A stretch of DNA of 64,000 nt from an uncultured bacterium. GTDB taxonomy: Bacteria > Desulfobacterota_D > UBA1144 > Nemesobacterales > UBA2774. The stretch lies in contig CAWGRW010000009.1 of the NCBI GenBank assembly GCA_963825135.1, positions 352,001 through 416,000 of the forward strand. The letters run 5' to 3'. The notes under the pieces were generated by a model. It did not search any database. It worked only from the letters and a program-made list of their open reading frames with translations, and was not told the DNA's origin. A program made the translations under genes and the position numbers. This document shows positions 19,304 through 31,052 of the stretch, piece by piece (the stretch's first letter is position 1; each line of letters begins with the position of its first letter).

Positions 19304-22174
19304 CTAAGACGCATCAAGCAATTCCCGAACCTTTCGAAGAAAGGTCCGGGGCGTGAAAGGCTTCCCGAGGTATCCGAAACCCCGCTCCTGTTCTCCGGAT
19401 TGAAAAATGGACTCCCTCGTGTAACCGGATATATACAGCACCTTCATCTCAGGATGGATATCCAGGAGTTCTTTCACAAGCTCCGGACCGTTCATGCCGG
19501 GCATTACCACGTCGGTTACCAGCAGATGAATCGGATCGGCGTACTTGTCGCAGATTTGAAGCGCTTCGATACAGTCCCGCGATTCCATTGCCTTATAACC
19601 GCTGTCCTTCAGCACCATGCTGAGAATATTCCGGACCGTGCCTTCATCTTCGACAAGGAGCACGGTCTCGCTGCCTCCCAGCGGTTTCTCCGCTGCAGGC
19701 TCTTCTTTCCCGGCGGGTTCGGCGCCCGAATCCGCTCGCGGCAGGTATATCCTGAACGTCGAGCCCTTGCCGACCTCGCTCATGACCGTAATATGTCCCT
19801 TGCTCTGACTCACGATCCCGAAAGTGGTAGCCAGCCCCAGCCCCGTGCCCTGGCCTATGTCCTTGGTCGTGAAGAAGGGCTCGAAGATGCGGGATATGGT
19901 CGGCTCATCCATCCCGCGCCCGGTGTCGCTGGCGCTTATAACGGCATACTCGCCCGGTTTAACCTCATCGCGCCGATCCGTGTTATTCTCGTCCAGATAG
20001 ACGTTCGTCGTGCTTAGAGTAAGCCTGCCCCCCTCCGGCATCGCGTCTCTGGCATTAATAAGGAGGTTCATGATAGCCTGCTCGAGCTGTCCCCTGTCGG
20101 CTTTTACATGCCAGAGCTCCGGACGCAGGTCGGTTATGAACTCTATATTCGCCGGAAGCAGTCTCCCGAACATCTTCCCCAGGTCGGAAATTACATGGTT
20201 CAGGTTCAGAACCGTTAATTGGAAGACCTGTCTGCGTCCGAGGGCCAGGAGCCGATTGGTCAGCGCAGCGGCGCGTTCGCCTGCCTTTTGTATCTCCATG
20301 ATGTTCGCCCGGAGCCCGTCGTCGATGCTCTCCTGCTCCAGTACGAGGTCGCTATAAGACGCTATGACCGTCAGCAGGTTGTTGAAGTCGTGTGCGACCC
20401 CGCCTGCCAGGTTCCCTATCGCCTCCATTTTCTGCACCCTGCGGAGCTGCTCCTCGAGTCTTTTCCTTTCGGTTATGTCCGTAACGAAGCCCTCGATGTA
20501 AGGAGGCCCACCGTCTTCCGGATAAATGCCTCTGCCCTTGTCCCAGACCCATTTCTCCTCTCTCGCTTTAGTAATAATCCTGTAAACCAGGTCGAACTGC
20601 TGGCGCTTTCCGAGTGCGGTCAGGGCATCCTCCCACACGCGTCCCCGGTCGTCAGGGTGTATTAGATTGGAGTACTTGACCTCCCTCGTAACAACAAATT
20701 CTTCAGGGGCGTAGCCTGTTAGCGCGGATACCCCTTCGCTGATGAAATCAAGCGTCCAGTATTTGTCGTATTTGCAGCGGTAAGAGCATCCCGGGAGGTT
20801 GCCGAGGAGCGTCGACAACATCCGCTCGTTCTCCCTGAGGGCTTCTTCGGCCTGCTTACGGTCCGTGATGTCCTCAACGACTCCCATACCGCCGATAACC
20901 GTCCCTCCGGCATCGAGCAGGGGAGAGTAGTGAAGAGACAGCCACAGCTTGACTGGAGATGTCGTAGCTTCATAAACACCTTCGTGATAGGAAGGCGTTC
21001 CTTCAGTAGCGGTTTTCATCGCATTTAAAAAACTCTTGTCCTTTAACGTATTCATATCGAGGCCGATAATCTTTTCAAGTGACGATTGCAGTATGTCGCT
21101 CAGGCGTTCATTACATTGTGTTATCCTCAGTTCCTTATCAAATATAAAAACTCCTACGGGCGACTGGTCGAAGAGGATGCGGTACCGCTCTTCCGAACGC
21201 CTGAGCGCCTCTGCCACCTGAGCCTTTTGTATCGCTCTCACCACCATTTGCGAAACGATCCCCAGCATTTTTAACTCTTCGTCGTCAAACGCGTCTTTCT
21301 TGAGAGAATCTATCTTTATCACGCCGGTTACGCTGCCGTCGGTGCGGATCGGCATCGAGACGATGCTCTTCGTTCCCAATTTCCTCCCGGCGGGTCCGAG
21401 GACGGAATCCAGGTCCGCGTCCTCACAGTACAATATGGGATTTCCGTCGAGAATCGCCTTCCACGTAAAGCCCTTCGGGTACGGGATCCTCCCGGCGCGC
21501 TCGATGAACCATCCGGGATAACCCCTCTCGGCCATCATGACGGCGTCGTTACCCTCAACGAAATAAATCGAAACGAAGTCGCAGCCCTTGATGTTCTTGT
21601 TTATCATCTCAACCGTGACTTCGAGTATGTCACCCACGCGGGCGTACTCCGATATGCTCCTGTTAATTTCGTTGATTATCGTCTCGTGGCTGCTCTTCTT
21701 CGACAGCCGCGCGATGCTCCTGTTGAGCTCATCGACCATGCGCCTGCTCTCCGTGACGTCACGGAAGCTGCACACTATTCCGACAACTTCGCCTTCGGAT
21801 AACCGGGGGTTACAGTGTTGCTCGAAGACCCTCCCGTCCTTGAGCTCGATAACGTCGCTGCCGGGTTGCCCGGGGTTCTCTTCCATTTGCCTCAGTTTCT
21901 TGAGTACCGCATCCGGGTCTTTCACGACCGAAAGGACGAAAGCGAACACGCGGTTGAAATCCCCGCCCTCCAGCTCGGACTCGGGTATCCCCCACATGTC
22001 TATCAGCTTCCTGTTAATGTAGGTTATATTTCCCGACCTTCCTCTGGCGATAATACCGTCCGCTGTCGCCTCCAGTGTCGCGTGGACGAGGGAAGGCGCT
22101 TCCTCGAGATTAGCCTTCGTCAGATCCCGAGGGTCGTCATTGAGCTGTTTTTTTGTTTTAGTTCCGTCTTTCAA
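19304..22174 (-). CDS. Hybrid PAS/GAF/PAS/PAS sensor histidine kinase-receiver (CckA-like)
   Basis: AHDFNNLL H-box, NARDAM, FFTTK, GTGLGL, C-terminal REC (VEDE, TDVVMP, KPF). Confidence 0.9.
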   Translation of the reverse strand: MKDGTKTKKQLNDDPRDLTKANLEEAPSLVHATLEATADGIIARGRSGNITYINRKLIDMWGIPESELEGGDFNRVFAFVLSVVKDPDAVLKKLRQMEENPGQPGSDVIELKDGRVFEQHCNPRLSEGEVVGIVCSFRDVTESRRMVDELNRSIARLSKKSSHETIINEINRSISEYARVGDILEVTVEMINKNIKGCDFVSIYFVEGNDAVMMAERGYPGWFIERAGRIPYPKGFTWKAILDGNPILYCEDADLDSVLGPAGRKLGTKSIVSMPIRTDGSVTGVIKIDSLKKDAFDDEELKMLGIVSQMVVRAIQKAQVAEALRRSEERYRILFDQSPVGVFIFDKELRITQCNERLSDILQSSLEKIIGLDMNTLKDKSFLNAMKTATEGTPSYHEGVYEATTSPVKLWLSLHYSPLLDAGGTVIGGMGVVEDITDRKQAEEALRENERMLSTLLGNLPGCSYRCKYDKYWTLDFISEGVSALTGYAPEEFVVTREVKYSNLIHPDDRGRVWEDALTALGKRQQFDLVYRIITKAREEKWVWDKGRGIYPEDGGPPYIEGFVTDITERKRLEEQLRRVQKMEAIGNLAGGVAHDFNNLLTVIASYSDLVLEQESIDDGLRANIMEIQKAGERAAALTNRLLALGRRQVFQLTVLNLNHVISDLGKMFGRLLPANIEFITDLRPELWHVKADRGQLEQAIMNLLINARDAMPEGGRLTLSTTNVYLDENNTDRRDEVKPGEYAVISASDTGRGMDEPTISRIFEPFFTTKDIGQGTGLGLATTFGIVSQSKGHITVMSEVGKGSTFRIYLPRADSGAEPAGKEEPAAEKPLGGSETVLLVEDEGTVRNILSMVLKDSGYKAMESRDCIEALQICDKYADPIHLLVTDVVMPGMNGPELVKELLDIHPEMKVLYISGYTRESIFQSGEQERGFGYLGKPFTPRTFLRKVRELLDAS

Positions 22175-22531
22175 CCGTAGCCGCCTTTATATGGACCCCG
22201 CACGCATCAAAACCGCTTCCATTTTCCAAATACAGCAAGATGAATTTGCGGGTTATTGTTAACCGTACAAAACAAACGTCGATACATTAAGGATATGATA
22301 TCCGTATCCGCATCCAAACTCATTAAGGACGGAAAAAACGATCGACGCCTTCCGGCAGCGATCAATTATGTGCACACTTTACGGTAAATTGTATCGGGTT
22401 AAACACGAAGCGACCCGGAATTGACGGACTTGACGGACTACGCATGGAATAACCGCAGCACTTATGACGAAACCCTGTAATTATGACGCGCTCGAGATAA
22501 TGAGCATCCTCGAATCAATGGGAACGAGGGG

Positions 22532-25030
22532 CTACGCATTTTTCATCAATGCCGGATTCAGAAATTCGTGCACGCGCGATCTGAATAATTCCACCCTGAA
22601 CGGCTTTGTAATATACTCGTTTCCCGTATTGGTGAGGAACTCCATGGTTTCGCTGCTCGGGTCGCCGGTAATAAAAATCACTTTCCCGGCGAGACCGGGG
22701 TTGGCCGCTTTTACCTCGTTGTAAAAAGAGATCCCGCTCATTTTCGGCATTTTTATGTCGCATATGATAAGGTCGTAGGCGTTGGAGAGGATTTTTTTGA
22801 GGGCTTCCTCTCCGTCACATGCAACGTCCATAGTGAGGTTCTCATCCTCGAGCACCCCTTTAATCAGATCGACTACCAGCTCTTCGTCCTCCACGATAAT
22901 AATCCTCTTCCGGTTTATCTTCCCCACGCTCGGCGATTCGTCTTTCTCGCTGCGGAGGCCCGGAGTCGTAATCCGCGAAATTACCGGCAGCTCCACAATA
23001 ATGGCGGCCCCCGTCCCCTCTCCGTCCCGGTTTTCCGCGCGTATCTCGCCTCCGTGCTCGTTTACGATGCCGTAGGCAACCGCAAGGCCGAGTCCCGTCC
23101 CTTTCCCGGGTTCCTTCGTGGTGAAGAACGGATCGAATATTTTTCCGACGATATCCTGCGGAATCCCCGGGCCGTCGTCTCTGAAAGCGATTTCGATTAC
23201 CCCGTTTTTGATCACTCTCGTGGTCACCGTCAGACGCCCCCGGTCGCTCAGTGCGCTGATCGCCTGCTCGGCATTGAGTATGATGTTCGTAAATACCTGT
23301 TGTATCCGGTTTGAATCGACCATCGTTTTAGGGATCCCCCTGTCCAGGTCCAGCACGACCTCTATGTTCTCGAGCCTGAGCTGGTACTCCCTGAATTCGA
23401 GCGACTGCTCGATGATCGCGTTGATGTCCTCATAGGTCCTGAGAGGCCTGTATTTCCGGGAGAACGACAACAGCTTCTCGATAATCTTCGCGACCCGAAG
23501 CCCGGAAGAGTTGATAATCTCGAGGGGCTTCTTCTCCTTGTCATCGAGCCCGGGCCGCATGAGGAGCCTCTGTGAATAACCGATTATCGGCGTGAGGGGG
23601 TTGTTTATCTCATGCGCAATGCTCGATATCAGCTGCCCGAGAGAAGCGAGCTTCTCCGACTGGACGAGCTTCTCCTGGGCTGACTCGATCTCCTCCAGCA
23701 TCTTCGCTTTCGCTACGGCGATCGCTATCTGATCCCCCATAGCCGAAAGCAGGCGCACTTCGCTTTCGCTGAACTTACGCTCCTTATAGCTCAGGAACCA
23801 GATAACTCCGATAACTTCGTTCCCCTGAAATATCGGTATCCCGAGCAGGCTGTGGTGTCCGAGCTCCCTGCCGGCCTCGCCGATATCCTTGTCTTTCTGC
23901 GCGTCTTCGATGTTTACCACCGCCCCGCTGTCGATGACCTTCCAGGTAAGCCCCTTGGGACTCGGGACTCTTCCCGCCCGATGCATATAAAATTCGGGGA
24001 AGTTCCTGCTCGCCTGGGCCACCGCCTCATTCTTTTCCTTATCCACAAGGTAGATCAAGGCCATGTCCACGTTTTCCATATCCATTATCGTGTCCAGCGC
24101 GACGTTATAAACCTCGTTCAGGTCGAGGAACCTGTGCACGGCCTTCATCAGCGTATTCAGGGCCAGGAGCTCCTCCTCCGTCCTTTTACGCTCCGTAATG
24201 TCCCTCGTGATAATAACGCCCCGTATCTCTCCCGAAGCCGTCGTAAAGGGGTTCCCTATGCATTCGAGCCACTGGTACTCGCCGGATTTGTGAAGGGCCC
24301 TGAACGTAACCCTCTCCGAGGTGCGGTTCATCACCGCGCGCATGAAGACTGTCATGACCATGGGCAGGTCGTCGGGGTGCATGAAATCGAAGGCCCTTTT
24401 GCCCATAAGCTCCGACTCCATATAACCCGTAAGCTCGAAGCAGGACGGATTCACGTACAGTATCCTTCCCCCGGTATCCACCTCGTAAATAAGATCGTAG
24501 CTGTTCTCCACTATGGTCCGGTATTTGTTTTCACTCTCTATGAGCCCCTCTTCCGTTTCCCTGAGCCTGGTAATGTCGCGGAACACGACGACCACTCCCC
24601 TGAAGTCCGTCTCCTCGTACTGTACGGGGGCGATGCTCGCGGAGACGTACCGTGTCGCCCCGTCCCGGGCGACGAGGACCGTGTCCCTCTGCAAACCGAG
24701 CGTCTCTCCCGTTTCAAGGACAGCGCTCGCGGGCTCGAGCGGACTCTCCCGTCGTTTATCGTTGAAGAGACGGAGCACATCCTCGACGGGCCTCCCTATA
24801 GCCTCCTCATATGTCCAGCCCGTCAACTCCTCCGCTTTATAGTTGATCAGAATGGTCCTGCCGTCTTCGCCCGCGATTATCACGCCGTCGCCGATGCTCC
24901 GGAAACATACCGAGAGCTCCTCCATCCGGCGTGAAAGGGCCTTTTCCCTTTCCTCATGGCGGGAAATTCCGAGACGGAGTTCTTCAATCTCGCTGATCAG
25001 CTGTTTCTTCGTCTTACTCTCGTCCTTCAT
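22532..25030 (-). CDS. Hybrid PAS/PAS/GAF sensor histidine kinase-receiver
   Basis: [24 protein letters not shown]-terminal REC (VEDEE, CDIKMP, KPF). Confidence 0.9.
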   Translation of the reverse strand: MKDESKTKKQLISEIEELRLGISRHEEREKALSRRMEELSVCFRSIGDGVIIAGEDGRTILINYKAEELTGWTYEEAIGRPVEDVLRLFNDKRRESPLEPASAVLETGETLGLQRDTVLVARDGATRYVSASIAPVQYEETDFRGVVVVFRDITRLRETEEGLIESENKYRTIVENSYDLIYEVDTGGRILYVNPSCFELTGYMESELMGKRAFDFMHPDDLPMVMTVFMRAVMNRTSERVTFRALHKSGEYQWLECIGNPFTTASGEIRGVIITRDITERKRTEEELLALNTLMKAVHRFLDLNEVYNVALDTIMDMENVDMALIYLVDKEKNEAVAQASRNFPEFYMHRAGRVPSPKGLTWKVIDSGAVVNIEDAQKDKDIGEAGRELGHHSLLGIPIFQGNEVIGVIWFLSYKERKFSESEVRLLSAMGDQIAIAVAKAKMLEEIESAQEKLVQSEKLASLGQLISSIAHEINNPLTPIIGYSQRLLMRPGLDDKEKKPLEIINSSGLRVAKIIEKLLSFSRKYRPLRTYEDINAIIEQSLEFREYQLRLENIEVVLDLDRGIPKTMVDSNRIQQVFTNIILNAEQAISALSDRGRLTVTTRVIKNGVIEIAFRDDGPGIPQDIVGKIFDPFFTTKEPGKGTGLGLAVAYGIVNEHGGEIRAENRDGEGTGAAIIVELPVISRITTPGLRSEKDESPSVGKINRKRIIIVEDEELVVDLIKGVLEDENLTMDVACDGEEALKKILSNAYDLIICDIKMPKMSGISFYNEVKAANPGLAGKVIFITGDPSSETMEFLTNTGNEYITKPFRVELFRSRVHEFLNPALMKNA

Positions 25031-25558
25031 TTCTGCCCTCGGACTCCTGACGAATAACCTGGCGGTTCATGCACGGCCGCATGAGGCATTTAGAATGAAG
25101 CACCCTGAAATTAACTGGCATTGCAGATAGTTACAACCACACATCCCTGCGGGATACCTGCCGCTTCCGGTAAATTCGACCCATAGCCCTTCCGTTTGAA
25201 TTATTAATGCACATCGCCTGAATTGTAAATAGAGAAGGTCAGATATGATTAAGAATAAAGATTAGCGGGGATAATCTCGACCCCGGTCGATACTTCGACC
25301 CGGACGGGACCGAACCCCCTTCACCCGCCCCGGTTACATATTATGCGGACTCCGATCGGGGCGTCAGGGAATGGCGGGTACCGTTAATCCCAATTTGCAG
25401 ATTTGATAACAGAACATGACCGCCGTCAACTCCGCACTCTTAATATTAATTTCATGTTAATCCGGAAATTCAGGGATGACACGGAACGGATATTGATATA
25501 TCCTTCTACTAAAATAATATATTTTTGTTTAGATATTATCGGTAAAGGAGAGCGCAAG

Positions 25559-25783
25559 ATGGCGACTAAAAAAGAAGCAGCCCCCAAAAAGACTGCGGGC
25601 AAAAAGGCGGCTACCCCCAAGACCTCGAGCAAAAAAACTTCATCTGCCAAGGGATCCGTTCAGGACAAAATCGCGAGAGTCGCATACGAGCTTTTTGAAA
25701 AGAGCGGACGCATCCACGGAAGAGACGTCGAGCACTGGCTCGAAGCAGAGGTAATAGTCTTCGGCAAGAAGAAGAAAAAGTAA
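25559..25783 (+). CDS. DUF2934-domain protein with Lys/Ala-rich N-terminus
   Basis: IARVAYELFEKSGRIHGRDVEHWLEAE motif; AAGGAG RBS. Confidence 0.8.
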   Translation: MATKKEAAPKKTAGKKAATPKTSSKKTSSAKGSVQDKIARVAYELFEKSGRIHGRDVEHWLEAEVIVFGKKKKK

Positions 25784-26202
25784 ATACAGCTTCTCCCGCT
25801 GAATGTCAGGCGTTGTTCCCGGATACGTCCATATCCATGTCTGGGAACCCTTACCTGAACTCCCAAACGTTACTGATCCGCCCCCGCTCCGCATCTCGAA
25901 TTCCCGCTCATATTGAAATATTAACAAGAATCACAGATAGCGGCATATGCTGATATAGCCTGTGCCGCTTCATTTTATCCGCTTTTATTAAGCGCGCCCT
26001 TGTACGCTGCAAAGTCCGGCCGCCGGACAGTGATAAATAATCGGCTATTCATCCCTGACTCTCTCCGCTGTACAATATAGCAGCGTCATATGGAATCGGT
26101 CTTCGTCCGCCCGCCCGGCGGCAGGCCGAAATAAGAGAGGAGGATATAAGGGCTTTAACGACCGCTCGCCCCCGCTGCGCGCGGGGAGCCCCCCCGAACA
26201 AC

Positions 26203-28881
26203 ATGAATACAGGAATAAAGCTCACAGAGGAAGAGAAGAGACTTAGAGGGGACAGGGAGAAAAAAACATACTGGAAAAAATGGGGGCCGTACCTGAGCGA
26301 GAGGCAGTGGGGGACCGTCAGGGAGGACTACAGCCCCGGAGGCACCGCGTGGGAATACCTGCCCCACGACCACGCCCGCTCGCGCGCCTACAGGTGGGGA
26401 GAGGACGGCATCGCGGGCATATCCGACAACCATCAGAAGCTCTGTTTCGCGGTCGCGCTCTGGAACGGTCATGACCCTATACTGAAGGAAAGGCTCTTCG
26501 GTCTTACAGGCACCGAGGGCAATCACGGCGAGGACGTAAAGGAATACTACTACTATCTGGACAACACGCCGTCCCACGCCTACATGAAGTGCCTTTACAA
26601 GTACCCGCAGAAGGCCTATCCGTATGACGACCTGGTCGAGGTCAATAAAAATAGGGGCCGCCACGAGCCCGAGTACGAGCTCATCGACACGGGCGTCTTC
26701 GACGAAGACCGATATTTCGACGTATTCGTCGAGTACGCGAAGAAATCGCCCGAGGACATACTCGTCCTCATCACGGTCGCGAACAGGGGGCCCGCCGAGG
26801 CGGCGCTCCACCTGCTCCCCACGCTCTGGTTCAGGAACACGTGGTCGTGGAAGGGAGGGGAAAAACCCTCTCTCCGGTACGCTGAGTCGGAGGAGAAGTT
26901 AAAAGTCATCGAAGCCTCGCACCCGGAGCTCGGCAAGAGGTGGCTCTACTGCGACAACCCCGGCGGGCTTCTCTTTACGGATAACGAAACAAATTTCGAG
27001 AGGGTCTTCGGCTCCCCGAACGAGACGACTTACGTCAAGGACGGCATCAACGACTACATAGTCGGGGGCAGGGAGAGCGCCGTCAACAGCAAGGGCGCGG
27101 GGACGAAGGTGTCGGCCCATTACACGCTCACGATACCCGCCGGAAAATCCGTAACGGTCAAGCTCAGGCTCTCGGACACGATTAATCTCATAGACCCGTT
27201 CGGCAAGCTATACGACGCAGTCTTCGCGAAACGAAAAAAAGAGGCGGACGAGTTTTATAAAAGGATGTGCCCGTACACGCTCCCCGAGGACCTCTCGAAC
27301 ATACAGCGCCAGGCCTTCGCGGGAATGCTGTGGACGAAGCAGTTTTTCTATTACATCGTCGAGGAATGGCTCAACGGCGACCCCCTCTGCCCCCCTCCCC
27401 CCGAATCGAGGAAACAGGGGCGGAACCACAACTGGATTCACGTTTATAACGAGGACATACTCTCAATGCCGGACAAGTGGGAATACCCATGGTTCGCGGC
27501 GTGGGACCTCGCCTTTCACACCGTAAATTACTCCCTCATCGACCCCGACTTCGCGAAGCGCCAGCTGATGCTGCTCACGAGGGAATGGTACATGCACCCG
27601 AACGGCCAGATGCCGGCATACGAATGGGCGTTCGGCGACGTGAACCCGCCCGTACACGCCTGGGCCGCCTGGAGGGTCTACAACATAGAGCACAAGATGT
27701 ACGGCAGGAAGGACATCCATTTCCTGGAAAGGGTCTTCCAAAAACTCCTCCTCAATTTCACCTGGTGGGTCAACAGGAAGGACGCCGAAGGAAAAAACGT
27801 ATTCGAGGGAGGGTTTCTGGGGCTCGACAACATAGGCGTATTCGACAGGAACGCGAAGCTCCCGTCGGGCGTGATACTCGAGCAGGCGGACGGCACGAGC
27901 TGGATGGGGATGTACTGCCTCAACATGCTCGCGATAGCCATAGAGCTGGCGAAGCACAATACGAGCTACGAGGACATAGCGAGCAAGTTCTTCGAGCACT
28001 TCCTCTACATCGCGAGGGCAATAAACTTGCCCGAAAGGGGCCACGACGGCCTCTGGGACGAGGAAGACCAGTTCTACTACGACGTGCTCCACCTGCCTAA
28101 CGGAAATCACCTGCCGCTCAAGGTGCGCTCCATGGTGGGGCTCATTCCGCTCTACGCCATAGAGACTATCGAGCCCGACGTGCTCGAGAAGCTCAGGGGG
28201 TTCAGTCAGAGGATGGAATGGTTCATAGAGAACAGGCCCGACCTCGGGCAGAACGTGGCCTCCATGGTGGAAAGGGGCGTGGGCGAGAGGAGGCTCCTGT
28301 CGATAGTCGATCAGGACAAGCTGAGGCAGGTGCTTAAGAAAATGCTCGACGAGAACGAGTTCCTGAGCCCCTACGGGATACGCTCGGTCTCGAAATTCCA
28401 CAGGGACCACCCTTATGAGTTCCGCGTGGCCGGGTATGACTATACGGTCGCGTACGAGCCCGCGGAATCTACGAGCGGGCTCTTCGGAGGGAATTCCAAC
28501 TGGAGGGGCCCCGTCTGGTACCCGGTCAATTTCCTCCTCATCGAATCGCTCCAGAAGTTCCACTACTACCTCGGGGACAGCTTCAAGGTCGAATGCCCCA
28601 CCGGCTCGGGCAAATATATGACCCTCTGGGAAGTGGCGAAGGAAATATCCCACAGGCTCGTCAGAATATTCAAGAAGGACGCCTCCGGGAGGAGACCCGT
28701 TTACGGGGGCGAAGAGAAATTCCAGACCGACCCCTACTGGAGCTGCTATATTAATTTCTACGAGTATTTCCACGGCGATAACGGCGCCGGCATCGGCGCG
28801 AGCCACCAGACAGGCTGGACGGGACTCGTCGGAAAGCTCATACGCCAGTCGGGCGAATACGGGACAATAGACGAAATTTAA
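26203..28881 (+). CDS. GH63-like glucosidase (MGH1-like glycoside hydrolase)
   Basis: [57 protein letters not shown]. Confidence 0.9.
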   Translation: MNTGIKLTEEEKRLRGDREKKTYWKKWGPYLSERQWGTVREDYSPGGTAWEYLPHDHARSRAYRWGEDGIAGISDNHQKLCFAVALWNGHDPILKERLFGLTGTEGNHGEDVKEYYYYLDNTPSHAYMKCLYKYPQKAYPYDDLVEVNKNRGRHEPEYELIDTGVFDEDRYFDVFVEYAKKSPEDILVLITVANRGPAEAALHLLPTLWFRNTWSWKGGEKPSLRYAESEEKLKVIEASHPELGKRWLYCDNPGGLLFTDNETNFERVFGSPNETTYVKDGINDYIVGGRESAVNSKGAGTKVSAHYTLTIPAGKSVTVKLRLSDTINLIDPFGKLYDAVFAKRKKEADEFYKRMCPYTLPEDLSNIQRQAFAGMLWTKQFFYYIVEEWLNGDPLCPPPPESRKQGRNHNWIHVYNEDILSMPDKWEYPWFAAWDLAFHTVNYSLIDPDFAKRQLMLLTREWYMHPNGQMPAYEWAFGDVNPPVHAWAAWRVYNIEHKMYGRKDIHFLERVFQKLLLNFTWWVNRKDAEGKNVFEGGFLGLDNIGVFDRNAKLPSGVILEQADGTSWMGMYCLNMLAIAIELAKHNTSYEDIASKFFEHFLYIARAINLPERGHDGLWDEEDQFYYDVLHLPNGNHLPLKVRSMVGLIPLYAIETIEPDVLEKLRGFSQRMEWFIENRPDLGQNVASMVERGVGERRLLSIVDQDKLRQVLKKMLDENEFLSPYGIRSVSKFHRDHPYEFRVAGYDYTVAYEPAESTSGLFGGNSNWRGPVWYPVNFLLIESLQKFHYYLGDSFKVECPTGSGKYMTLWEVAKEISHRLVRIFKKDASGRRPVYGGEEKFQTDPYWSCYINFYEYFHGDNGAGIGASHQTGWTGLVGKLIRQSGEYGTIDEI

Positions 28882-28898
28882 GAATGGAAATATTTCGC

Positions 28899-28927
28899 TT
28901 GACAAATTAAGACGCATGCTTTATATT
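28899..28927 (+). promoter_or_regulatory. Sigma70-type promoter
   Basis: TTGACA (28899-28904), 17-nt spacer, TATATT (28922-28927). Confidence 0.7.
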
Positions 28928-28933
28928 AATAAC

Positions 28934-29025
28934 TAATATTAAGTAGCGCGCTTAAAGTCATCCTCCATCCTCCTTTAAGAAAAGAGGGAACATTCCGGAA
29001 ACGGATGTTCCCTCTTTTTGTTTTT
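28934..29025 (+). ncRNA. Candidate ~90-nt sRNA with anti-Shine-Dalgarno loop
   Basis: Lies between the promoter and an intrinsic terminator; CTTAAAG/CTTTAAG stem presenting a C-rich loop with CCTCC motifs. Confidence 0.55.
28980..29025 (+). terminator. Intrinsic terminator
   Basis: AAAAGAGGGAACAT(T)CCG-GAAA-CGGATGTTCCCTCTTTT followed by TGTTTTT. Confidence 0.8.
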
Positions 29026-29226
29026 ACAGCAACGCCTGAAGCCCGCAAAGGGTATCTATTCCCTCTCATCCGCTTTCCTCGTCCCCAATCGCTCACGCCG
29101 TATATCTCCAATAAACACCTGATTTGTGAAGATATTTCTCACGAATTTGATATATTCCGATACGCATCATATAATATCCGTAGTTCTGTAGTAAGGAAGT
29201 AATAAGAAGCAGGGGGTTCGTGAACC

Positions 29227-29487
29227 ATGGCAGAGAGCGTCAACGTTAGAATCACGGGAAAGCTCATCAAATTCGTGAAGGACCAGACAGGCCCGGAGGG
29301 AATGTATGAATCGGTAAGCGAGTATGTCCGAGCCCTGATCAGGCAGGATTATGAGCGGCTTGAAGAGCACAGATGGCAACGGCTCTATGGGGAGCTCGAG
29401 CCAGGAATGAACGCCGGAGAGAGCGAATTTATCGAGGTCGGGGCCGAGGACGTAATCGCCAGAAACCGCGGCAATCAAAAATTATGA
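29227..29487 (+). CDS. ParD-like ribbon-helix-helix antitoxin
   Basis: SVNVRI...GMYESVSEYVRALIR pattern; ATGA overlap with toxin. Confidence 0.8.
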   Translation: MAESVNVRITGKLIKFVKDQTGPEGMYESVSEYVRALIRQDYERLEEHRWQRLYGELEPGMNAGESEFIEVGAEDVIARNRGNQKL

Positions 29488-29828
29488 TGCGGTATCGTTT
29501 TTTTCCCGCCGCGGACAGGCGCCAGGACGAAATATGGGATTACACGCTCGAGAAATGGGGCGAGCAGAAGGCAGTTGAATACATACGCGGCATGCACGAC
29601 GCGGTCTCGAAGGCCGCTGAAAATCCGCAGCTGCGGCGGAGGATGGAGCGCAAGGGGTTCGAAAAGGTTTTCTACATACGTTATGAGAAACACCTCATAT
29701 TCTTTCGCCTCCTCTCGGGAGGGGTACTGGGTATAATCAGCATGCTGCACGAGCGGATGGACATTCCCGCCCGCCTGAGAGAAGACATCAAAGAAAACAT
29801 TAAAACTCGAAAACGAGAGAATGAATAA
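29484..29828 (+). CDS. RelE/ParE-family toxin
   Basis: YRFFPAADRRQDEIWDYT...WG..KA..YI, HLIFFR, IISMLHERMD. Confidence 0.85.
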   Translation: MMRYRFFPAADRRQDEIWDYTLEKWGEQKAVEYIRGMHDAVSKAAENPQLRRRMERKGFEKVFYIRYEKHLIFFRLLSGGVLGIISMLHERMDIPARLREDIKENIKTRKRENE

Positions 29829-30732
29829 TTTCCTTATAATACTCTTCTACAAATTCGCCGAAATTGCCGACCCGGAGGGGTTTGCCGCCGGGCAGAGGGA
29901 ATTCTGCAGTAAAGAAGGGCTCCTCGGCAAGTTACTCGTCGCGCGGGAAGGGATAAACGGCTCTTTTTCGGGGACAAGGAAGCAGATCGAAAGGTATCAG
30001 CGCTACCTCACGGGCATAGACGGGTTCTCGGATGTTAACTTCAAGGAAGAGACCGCCTTATTCCGCCCGTTCAAAAAGCTCATTGTGCGCGTGAAGAAGG
30101 AGATAATACGCATGGAGCGGGAGCTCGACATGAGCAGGAGGGGGAAGTACATCACACCCGAAGAGCTGCTGGCCTTATACGAGAGCGGCGAGGAGTTCAT
30201 AATCCTCGACACCAGGAACAAATACGAATCGGACGTCGGCAGGTTCAGGAACGCCCTGACCGCGGACATCGATTCGTTCAGGGAATTCCCGGAAGCGCTC
30301 GAAGGGCTCCGCGATAAGAAGGACAGGAAGATCGTGACATACTGCACGGGCGGGATCAGGTGCGAAAAGGCCACGGCCTACATGATAAGCCTCGGATTCG
30401 AGGACGTGTATCAGCTGAAGGACGGTATCATCAGCTTCTGTCAGCAATACCCCGACACGCTCTGGGAAGGCAAGTGTTTCGTCTTCGACGAGAGGCTCGT
30501 CTCGGACGTCGAGGCCGGGGGCGAGGTCATTTCGAGGTGCGCCCTCTGCGGAGAGAGCTCAGACCGCTACCAGAACTGCAGGAACACGGCCTGCGACGAG
30601 CTCGTGATTTTGTGTCAAGAATGCAGCGACGCGAACGAAGGGTGCTGCTCCGGGGAATGCCTGGAAGAGTACAGGGCCTACAACCGCTTGAAGACACGCG
30701 AGAAGCAGGGGCGGAAATCGAGGACGGGCTGA
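29821..30732 (+). CDS. trhO: Rhodanese-domain tRNA U34 hydroxylase (UPF0176)
   Basis: LFYKF, EGINGS, DTRNKYE..GRF, YCTGGIRCEK, WEGKCFVFDER, Cys-rich C-terminus. Confidence 0.85.
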   Translation: MNNFLIILFYKFAEIADPEGFAAGQREFCSKEGLLGKLLVAREGINGSFSGTRKQIERYQRYLTGIDGFSDVNFKEETALFRPFKKLIVRVKKEIIRMERELDMSRRGKYITPEELLALYESGEEFIILDTRNKYESDVGRFRNALTADIDSFREFPEALEGLRDKKDRKIVTYCTGGIRCEKATAYMISLGFEDVYQLKDGIISFCQQYPDTLWEGKCFVFDERLVSDVEAGGEVISRCALCGESSDRYQNCRNTACDELVILCQECSDANEGCCSGECLEEYRAYNRLKTREKQGRKSRTG

Positions 30733-30870
30733 CGATACTCGGAACAAATCATCATCAAGCGGCTCGACATACTGTAAAACCCGGGACCGTCCGAATTTGA
30801 GTTTAGCAGGTTCGGAGGTTACAGGACGTACGCCCGCTCGTATACCCGCGGGCGCCCACCCGCCGCCCGC

Positions 30871-30972
30871 TCAGTCCTCTATGTTCCTCGCCTTCAAAAG
30901 AAGAAGCACGACGAACGCCAGAAGAAATACCGCATATAAAAAAGGCGGAAGCAGATCCATGTGTGACTGCAT
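30871..30972 (-). CDS. 33-aa single-pass membrane microprotein (not in ORF track)
   Basis: MQSHMDLLPPFLYAVFLLAFVVLLLLKARNIED*, preceded by GGAGG RBS. Confidence 0.55.
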   Translation of the reverse strand: MQSHMDLLPPFLYAVFLLAFVVLLLLKARNIED

Positions 30973-31052
30973 AATCCCTCCGTCGGAACCGGAATAAAAC
31001 CCGGAGACCCTCTATCTTAAAGGGCCTCCGTACCCGTTGATCTTTCTGCCCG

